Source of the DNA: Candidatus Latescibacterota bacterium
GTDB taxonomy: Bacteria; Latescibacterota; UBA2968; GCA-2709665
Assembly (NCBI GenBank): GCA_965208835.1
Contig: OZ242358.1
Coordinates: 1,408,001-1,472,000 of the forward strand
Direction: 5' to 3'
Length of the DNA stretch: 64,000 nucleotides
Positions 57,596-64,000 of this stretch are shown here, in pieces. Within the stretch, counting starts at the first letter, position 1; each line of letters starts with the position of its first letter. Both the position numbers and the translations under genes were made by a program. Below the pieces are notes generated by a model. The model saw only the letters and a program-made list of their open reading frames with translations, had not been told where the DNA came from and ran no database searches.

Positions 57596-58399
57596 ATGGA
57601 GGACGCGGCCAAACTGTTTTCCCTCGAAGGGCGCGTCGCGCTGGTGACGGGCGCGGGGAGGGGGATCGGGCAGGGCATCGCGAAGGGCCTCGCGGCCCAC
57701 GGCGCCAGGTGCGTATGCGCGGCCAGGACTCGCCCCCAACTGGACGAAACGGTGGCGGCGATACGGGCGGCGGGAGGCGACGCGTTGGCCGTGGAAATGG
57801 ATGTGGCCGATCTGGACGCCGTCAGACGGGGGGTGGAAACGACCCTTGCTCAATATGGACAACTCGACATTCTGGTGAACAATGCGGGGATGAATATCCG
57901 GGAACCGCTGCAGGAGGTTGCGGAGGCGCATTACGACCGGATCATGGACGTGAATCTAAAGGGTCTCTTTTTTCTGTCCCAAATGGCCGCCAAAGACATG
58001 ATCCCGCGCAAGCAGGGCAAGATCATCAATATCGGCTCCCTGACCACCGGAATCGCCCTGCACGGCGTGTCGGTCTATACGTCAACCAAGGGCGCCGTCG
58101 GTCAGTTGACGAAGGCGCAGGCCCTGGAACTCGGCCCGCACAATATCCAGGTGAACGCGATCTGCCCCGGTTTCATTCTGACGCCACTCACGGAAGAGTT
58201 ATGGTCCGATCCGACAATGCGGGCCTGGGGCGAAGGCCGGACACCCGCGGGGCGCCTGGGCAACCCGGAAGACCTGGTGGGAACCGCCGTGTTCCTGGCA
58301 TCCGCGGCTTCCGACTTCGTAACCGGCCAGCACATCTACGTGGACGGCGGGTTCATGGCCGGCGAGAAGTGGCCGCTGCCGCCGAAGGCGAGTCAATAG
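57596..58399 (+). CDS. SDR oxidoreductase (gluconate 5-dehydrogenase/KduD-like)
   Basis: TGAGRGIG, NNAG, YTSTK, NAICPG. Confidence 0.92.
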   Translation: MEDAAKLFSLEGRVALVTGAGRGIGQGIAKGLAAHGARCVCAARTRPQLDETVAAIRAAGGDALAVEMDVADLDAVRRGVETTLAQYGQLDILVNNAGMNIREPLQEVAEAHYDRIMDVNLKGLFFLSQMAAKDMIPRKQGKIINIGSLTTGIALHGVSVYTSTKGAVGQLTKAQALELGPHNIQVNAICPGFILTPLTEELWSDPTMRAWGEGRTPAGRLGNPEDLVGTAVFLASAASDFVTGQHIYVDGGFMAGEKWPLPPKASQ

Positions 58400-58410
58400 G
58401 GCGCATTTCG

Positions 58411-59007
58411 ATGGATGCCGACAGACTCGAACGACAGATCGACTTTATCGTCGAAATCGACAAACTCAAGCACGTGCTCCGGCGGACGTACCTGGTCGAC
58501 GGGAAACGCCGGGAGAACAGTGCGGAGCATTCGTGGCATCTCGCCGCGATGGCCGTACTGCTTGTGGAATACGCGCGGGAAGAACTCGATCTCGCGCGGG
58601 TTGTGAAAATGCTGCTGCTTCACGACGTCGTTGAGATCGACGCCGGAGATACATTTGCCTACGACGAGGCGGCCCACGCCGACAAGAACGAGCGGGAGCG
58701 GCTGGCCGCCGAGCGAATTTTCAACCTGCTTCCCGACGACTTGGCCGGGGAGGTGTTCGCGTTGTGGGAGGAATTCGAGGAGGGTGAGACTCCCGAGGCG
58801 AAATACGCGGAAGCGCTCGACCGGTTTCAGCCGATCCTGCTGAACTACGGATCAGGTGGGATCGCGTGGCAGGAGCACGGGATCAGTTCGGAGCAGGTGA
58901 TTGCGCGAAATCGACATATCGAAGCGGGAGCGCCTGTTCTGTGGACGTACGTCCGTGGATTGATCGACCGCGCTGTGAGCAGTGGGCGTCTGGCGTCTGG
59001 AGCGTGA
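58411..59007 (+). CDS. HD-domain phosphohydrolase (HDDC2/YfbR-like)
   Basis: EIDKLK, RENSAEHSWH, LHDVVEIDAGD, LDRFQP; start ATG 58411. Confidence 0.9.
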   Translation: MDADRLERQIDFIVEIDKLKHVLRRTYLVDGKRRENSAEHSWHLAAMAVLLVEYAREELDLARVVKMLLLHDVVEIDAGDTFAYDEAAHADKNERERLAAERIFNLLPDDLAGEVFALWEEFEEGETPEAKYAEALDRFQPILLNYGSGGIAWQEHGISSEQVIARNRHIEAGAPVLWTYVRGLIDRAVSSGRLASGA

Positions 59008-59076
59008 TCGAGGGGCAGAAAGCAGCCCGTTAAACCGCCGGACCTGGCGGGACAGAACTGACAGGAGGATCGGGTT

Positions 59077-60138
59077 ATGGCACAACAGCATGGGGAATCG
59101 ATGTGGTTTTATGTGGGAGGGGCCGGTATTTCGGTCTACCGTCTGGACCTTTCCACCGGGGCCCTGGCGCACCGGAGTACGGTCTCGGAGGTGAAGAATC
59201 CTTCATTCCAGGCCATCCATCCGTCGAATCGGTTCCTTTACTCTGTCGCGGAAGTCGATGATGGCGGGGCGTTGCACGCGTTCGCGGTCGATCCGGCCAC
59301 GGGTGCCCTGCGTTCGCTGAACCATCAGTCATGTATGGGCGCCGGTCCCTGCCACGTGAGCGTGGACGCAACCGGTCGGGTGGTGCTGGTGGCCAATTAT
59401 TCCAGCGGCGGCGTGGCGGCGCTGCCCATTTTGGACGACGGCAGTCTGGGCGAGGCCACTTCCGTTTTTCAGCATGAGGGTTCCAGCGTGAATCCGGGCA
59501 GACAGCAGGGGCCGCATGCGCATTCCATAACCATCGATCCGGGCAATCGATTCGCTGTCTCAGCGGACCTTGGAATCGACAAAGTGCTCGTCTACCGGCT
59601 GGATGCGGAGAAGCAGACGATAGCGCCCAACGATCCCCCTGGGGTGGATGTTCAGGCGGGCGCCGGACCCAGGCACTTCGCGTTTCATTCCAACCGGAAA
59701 AGCGCATACCTGATCAATGAGCTGGACAATACGGCCGTGACGTACGCGTACGATGAAGATCGAGGGGTCCTGGAGACGGTCCAGGTAATCTCCACGTTGC
59801 CCCCGGACTTCACCGATACCAGCTATTGTGCGGATATCCACGTGTCGCCGGACGGGCGCTTCGTGTACGGCTCGAACCGGGGGCACGACAGTATCGTCAT
59901 ATTTGAAGTCGATTCAGGCACAGGGAAGCTATCGGTCGTGGACTACGAGTCGACCCGTGGCGAGTTTCCGCGTAATTTCGCGCTGGATCCCTCCGGACGG
60001 TTTCTGTTTGCCGCCAATCAGAATACAGACAACATCGTCGCGTATCGAATCGACGGACAGACGGGAAGACTTGCCGCGACCGGCCATCAGGTGGAGACCC
60101 CTCAGCCGGTCTGCATCACCATGATCCACGCGGCATAA
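59077..60138 (+). CDS. Lactonase, 6-phosphogluconolactonase (Pgl/YbhE)-like beta-propeller
   Basis: NPSF, VANY, PHAH, DLGID, GPRH, SNRGHDS, PRNF. Confidence 0.9.
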   Translation: MAQQHGESMWFYVGGAGISVYRLDLSTGALAHRSTVSEVKNPSFQAIHPSNRFLYSVAEVDDGGALHAFAVDPATGALRSLNHQSCMGAGPCHVSVDATGRVVLVANYSSGGVAALPILDDGSLGEATSVFQHEGSSVNPGRQQGPHAHSITIDPGNRFAVSADLGIDKVLVYRLDAEKQTIAPNDPPGVDVQAGAGPRHFAFHSNRKSAYLINELDNTAVTYAYDEDRGVLETVQVISTLPPDFTDTSYCADIHVSPDGRFVYGSNRGHDSIVIFEVDSGTGKLSVVDYESTRGEFPRNFALDPSGRFLFAANQNTDNIVAYRIDGQTGRLAATGHQVETPQPVCITMIHAA

Positions 60139-60254
60139 GTCCGACGCAAATCACGTACGCGCGGAAACCGCCCCGATCCCGATCGCCAGGCGTCCTCTTC
60201 AATGGCGTCTGGCAGGCTGCTTCGCCGGTTTTCGCTCACGGGACAACAGAAGGC

Positions 60255-60297
60255 GCCCGCAGTGCCGATCGTAAGAACGCGGCGGCGGGCTTTTTTT
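60255..60297 (+). terminator. Putative intrinsic terminator
   Basis: GCCCGC..GCGGGC followed by T7. Confidence 0.55.
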
Positions 60298-60317
60298 CTG
60301 AGAAGCGACGGCCGGCC

Positions 60318-61883
60318 ATGAACATCGGCACGCTGCTGACGAAATCCGCGCGCACGTATCCTCAGAATCTGGCCGTGGCGTGCGGTCCCGGGCGGTGGAC
60401 CTACGCCCTGTTCAACGAGCGCGTGAACCGGCTGGCGCACGCATTTGGCAGGCTGGGCGTCCGCCGCGGCGACCACGTCGCCATACTGATGCAGAATCTC
60501 CCGGAAATGCTTGAATCCATGTTCGCGTGTTTCAAGGTCGGCGCTGCGGCCGTGCCGATCAATTTCCGCCTGCATCCCAATGAATACGCGTTTGTCATCG
60601 ACCATTCGGAATCTGAACTGGTTATCATCTCTTCCGAATTCAATGCGCCGGTCTCGCAGATCAGGGAGCGCCTGCCCCGCGTTCGGAACGTCGTCACCAT
60701 CGCGGATGCACACGAGGGAATACTGGACTATGAGACGTTGATTCGCGCCGAGAGCGCCGGGTTTGACGATGCGGGCGTAGATCCCGACGACGTGGCGTGG
60801 GTGTTCTACACGTCCGGAACCACGGCTCAGCCAAAGGGGGCGCTCCTGACGCACCGCAATCTGCTGGCGATGACGATGAACTTCTATTCGGACATCTGCC
60901 AGGGTTTCGGTCCGGATGACGTGGCACTGCACGCGGCGCCGCTGTCCCACGGGAGCGGCCTGTACGCCCTGCCCAACGTCGGCAAGGCCGCGGCCAACGT
61001 CATTCCGGAGACTGTTTCGTTTGACGTCGAGAACGTCCTGGAGGCGATCGAAAGGTATCGTGTAACGAACATGTTCGCGGCGCCGACGATGGTCAAACGT
61101 ATGGCCGAAAGCCCTGCGCTGCACCGGTACGATATTCGATCGCTGAAGATCCTCAACTACGGTGGCGGACCGATGCTGGCCGATGACCTACGGGTTGCCA
61201 TCGAAAAGCTGGGGCCGTGCCTGGTGCAGCTGTACGGTCAGGGCGAATCCCCAATGACGATCACCTGTCTGCCCCACCGCGACCACGTTCTGAACGGCAC
61301 CCCGCAACAGATGAAGAGACTCAGTTCTGTGGGTTTTGCGCGCACCGACGTCGAAATCAGGATCCTGGACAAAGAGGACTTTGAACTCCCGCCGGGCGCC
61401 ATCGGCGAGATCGTTACGCGCTCGGACCTGGTCATGAAGGGTTACTGGCGCAATCCGGGCGCCACCGCGGCCGCTCTGAAGGACGGCTGGCTCCATACAG
61501 GCGACGTGGGGTACATGGACGAAGACGGATACGTTTTTCTGCTCGATCGCTCCAGGGACCTGATCATCAGCGGCGGCGAGAACATCTACCCCCGCGAGAT
61601 CGAAGAGGTACTCATCCGGCATCCGGCCGTTTTCGAGGTCGCGGTCATCGGCGTGCCTCATCCCGAGTGGGGCGAGGCGGTCAAGGCAGTCGTGGTCAGG
61701 GCGCCCGGGCGCGACGTGTCAAGTGAGGAACTGATCGACTTCTGCAAGGGCCGAATCGCCAGCTTCAAGAAGCCGGGATCGGTGGATTTCGTCGGGGAAC
61801 TGCCAAAGAACAACTACGGCAAGGTCGTCAAGAACCTCATAAGGGCGCCGTATTGGGGCGGCAGGGAGAGCCGGGTGATCTGA
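60318..61883 (+). CDS. Acyl-CoA synthetase (AMP-forming)
   Basis: YTSGTTAQPKG, YGQGE, TGDVG, SGGENIYP, GK. Confidence 0.94.
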   Translation: MNIGTLLTKSARTYPQNLAVACGPGRWTYALFNERVNRLAHAFGRLGVRRGDHVAILMQNLPEMLESMFACFKVGAAAVPINFRLHPNEYAFVIDHSESELVIISSEFNAPVSQIRERLPRVRNVVTIADAHEGILDYETLIRAESAGFDDAGVDPDDVAWVFYTSGTTAQPKGALLTHRNLLAMTMNFYSDICQGFGPDDVALHAAPLSHGSGLYALPNVGKAAANVIPETVSFDVENVLEAIERYRVTNMFAAPTMVKRMAESPALHRYDIRSLKILNYGGGPMLADDLRVAIEKLGPCLVQLYGQGESPMTITCLPHRDHVLNGTPQQMKRLSSVGFARTDVEIRILDKEDFELPPGAIGEIVTRSDLVMKGYWRNPGATAAALKDGWLHTGDVGYMDEDGYVFLLDRSRDLIISGGENIYPREIEEVLIRHPAVFEVAVIGVPHPEWGEAVKAVVVRAPGRDVSSEELIDFCKGRIASFKKPGSVDFVGELPKNNYGKVVKNLIRAPYWGGRESRVI

Positions 61884-61920
61884 AGTCACACCCGGCCCAC
61901 CACCTGGTGAGAAGGGAGAC

Positions 61921-62036
61921 GTTAGACGGGAGAGATTGCCTGCCTTGTGAGGGTTCTTTTCGTGCCAAAGGCAAGGAGGAAGAACATACCGGGCAAGGAT
62001 TTCATCTACCGTCTACCCTCTTACCTCTACCCGCCT
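61921..62036 (+). repeat. Dispersed hairpin repeat family F, copy 2
   Basis: Homologous to 49537-49652; followed by CTACCCT-like heptamers. Confidence 0.8.
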
Positions 62037-62131
62037 TTCTTCTACCCTCTACCCGCACTCAGGCTCTTTGTGGCCGATTTGACTGTTGTCTCTCTTCGAA
62101 TTGAGGTTAACAGGTGTCGAGGCGATCTGCT

Positions 62132-63397
62132 ATGATCAAGAAACGAAGACTGGGGCGCGGCGTCGCAATCGTGGGCGCCGGGATGTCGCCGTTCGGCATG
62201 TTCCGGGAACGGGATTCCAGGGACCTGTTCGTGGACGGCTTTCGCGCCATGGTCGACTCGGTGGACAACGGCGTGGATCCCGGAGATATTGATGCGCTCT
62301 ATATCGGCAATTTCACGAACGATTTCTTCGTGCATCAGTCCCACTGGGGAGCCATCCTCGTCGACGCGCTGGGCCTGGTTCCCAAACCTGCGACCCGCAC
62401 GGAGGGCGCATGCGCCTCCAGCGCAATCGCCTTCCGCGAAGGCGTCTTCGCCATCGCGTCGGGATTCTACGATATGGTTCTGGTCGGCGGCGTGGAGGAT
62501 ATGTCAAAACGGTCCACGGCCGACGTGGCGGAGGGCCTGGCGTCGGCGGCGGTGCCCTATGAGCGGAAGTCAGGCTTTACCTTTCCGGGCGTATTCGGCG
62601 CGATCGCGACGGCATACTTCCACAAGTACGGAGCGACGCGCGAGCACCTGATGGACGTGACCATCAAAAGCCATGACAATGCGCCGTTGAATCCGAAAGC
62701 GCAGTTCCGGGCTTCAATCGCCGAGATAATGGAATCGAAGGCGGCGCGCGCGAAAGCGATCGGCAATCCGGCGCCGCGATGGGAGGACGAAAAGGATTTC
62801 CTGCGCGACCCCGGTGTCAACCCGCAGGTCGCCTGGCCCATGCATCTGTTCGATTGCTGTCCCATCAGCGACGGCGCCGGGTGTATTCTGCTGGTCGGCG
62901 AGGAGATGGCCAGGGAGTTTACCGACGATCCCCTTTACGTGGCGGGCCTTGGCCAGGGCAGCGGCAGGGGGCTCCACGCCGCGCCGGACCTGACGAGCTT
63001 CGAGGCCACCCGCCGGGCCGCCCGGGAAGCCTATGCCATGGCGGACCTCGGTCCCGATGACGTACAGTTCGCCGAGGTGCACGACTGTTTTTCCATCGCG
63101 GAGATCCTGCACATCGAGGATCTCGGCTTCTTCGGCCCGGGGGAGGGATGCAGGGCCGCCGGTGAGGGTGCGACCCGGCTGGACGGGCCGAAGCCGATCA
63201 ACACCTCAGGCGGGCTGAAATGCAAGGGTCATCCCGTGGGAGCGACCGGTATCGCGCAGTTGATCGAGGTATGGGAACAGCTGAGGCAACAGGCCGGCGC
63301 GCGACAGGTGCCGAACGGGAACCTGCGCCTGGGTGCGGCACATAACCTCGGCGGCACCGGCGGCACAAGCACGTTTACGATCCTTGAAAGGCGATAG
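62132..63397 (+). CDS. SCP2/archaeal-type thiolase-family protein
   Basis: EGACASS, DCCPISDGA, EVHDCF, KGHPVGATG, HNLGG; start ATG 62132. Confidence 0.9.
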   Translation: MIKKRRLGRGVAIVGAGMSPFGMFRERDSRDLFVDGFRAMVDSVDNGVDPGDIDALYIGNFTNDFFVHQSHWGAILVDALGLVPKPATRTEGACASSAIAFREGVFAIASGFYDMVLVGGVEDMSKRSTADVAEGLASAAVPYERKSGFTFPGVFGAIATAYFHKYGATREHLMDVTIKSHDNAPLNPKAQFRASIAEIMESKAARAKAIGNPAPRWEDEKDFLRDPGVNPQVAWPMHLFDCCPISDGAGCILLVGEEMAREFTDDPLYVAGLGQGSGRGLHAAPDLTSFEATRRAAREAYAMADLGPDDVQFAEVHDCFSIAEILHIEDLGFFGPGEGCRAAGEGATRLDGPKPINTSGGLKCKGHPVGATGIAQLIEVWEQLRQQAGARQVPNGNLRLGAAHNLGGTGGTSTFTILERR

Positions 63398-63400
63398 AAA

Positions 63401-63835
63401 TTGGCGACGCAACCGATCAGCGATTACGGGTTCGAAGCGTTCCTCCGGGAAGAGAAACTGATGGGGTCGACGTGCTGCCGATGCGGGGCCACGTTCGTTC
63501 CGCCGCGTCCAATGTGCGCGGAATGTCATCACACGGAAATGCGGTGGACGCGGACGAGGGGCGCCGGCAGGCTCGTGGCACTGACAAGCATCTCCATCGG
63601 TCCGCCCGCAATGCAGGAGGAAGGCTTCAATCGAGAAAACCCGTATTGCACCGGCGTCGTCAAACTGGACGAGGGCCCCAGAGTCGTCGCACGGATAGAA
63701 GGCGTTGACTCGCGGAACCCGGAATCCATCGAAATCGGCGTACCGGTAACCGCGATTTACCTGCATCGCGGCGCGGGTGAAGGCCGCAAAACGCAGCTGG
63801 CCTTTCGGCCTGTGTCCGATGACGTTACCAAATGA
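63401..63835 (+). CDS. DUF35 Zn-ribbon/OB-fold protein
   Basis: CCRCG..PPR..CAEC, PY..GVV.LDEG; adjacent to the thiolase. Confidence 0.92.
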   Translation: MATQPISDYGFEAFLREEKLMGSTCCRCGATFVPPRPMCAECHHTEMRWTRTRGAGRLVALTSISIGPPAMQEEGFNRENPYCTGVVKLDEGPRVVARIEGVDSRNPESIEIGVPVTAIYLHRGAGEGRKTQLAFRPVSDDVTK

Positions 63836-64000
63836 AGCAAACAATTGCGGCGGTTGACGTGCGTGGTTATATTTACGCGCTTGCCTGCCCACGCCGCGAA
63901 TATGTCGACCGTTTTCATTACAGAGACGCGTCATGAGGCGGCTCCGGGAGTGACAGTCAGATCGGCTGACGCCCGCGCTCCAGCGGGAGGATCCAACACC

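Noticed and set aside
57709-58410. SDR-HD fusion or programmed frameshift (432-aa ORF)
   Set aside because: The upstream part is a low-complexity alternative frame of the SDR gene; the HD protein starts at 58411 and no slippery site is evident.
63836-64000. Start of a further CDS at the window end
   Set aside because: Too short to assign a frame or product.
1-64000. rRNA, tRNA, prophage, transposase, retron or DGR elements
   Set aside because: No such motifs seen; most remaining long ORFs in the track are GC-rich antisense or frame shadows of called genes.

Overview
GC-rich bacterial chromosomal window with about 45 CDSs. No rRNA, tRNA, CRISPR array, integrase or transposase is visible. The organism is diderm (Omp85 proteins, TonB and a TonB-dependent receptor). 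The heparinase II/III, DUF6807, sulfatase, BNR-4, PhyH and ankyrin content suggests an FCB-group organism such as Ca. Latescibacterota (inference only). Main blocks: two tandem Omp85 enzyme fusions (patatin PlpD and a kinase-like Omp85); a TPP-riboswitch-controlled thiO-thiS-thiG-tenI-like-thiD-thiE operon; infA with an orphan DNA methyltransferase; a TBDR/MFS pair; Lhr helicase; an ABC-F ATPase; an ECF sigma-WG-repeat fusion; a sugar-acid catabolic cluster; and acyl-CoA ligase/thiolase/DUF35. Intergenic DNA is rich in non-autonomous elements: two MITE families, three palindromic repeat types plus a lone REP-like palindrome, and 7/8-nt periodic hairpin arms. The best novelty candidate is a lone, apparently lower-GC 771-aa gene (34268-36583) fusing a ScoMcrA-head-like domain, a PD-(D/E)xK/Vsr-like nuclease domain and an intact nitrilase domain, which may be an undescribed single-gene defence or modification-dependent restriction enzyme. 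Next are a tandem pair of ~145-bp structured units at 4657-4937 and the kinase-like Omp85/PlpD tandem. All family calls come from motif recognition by eye, not from database searches.
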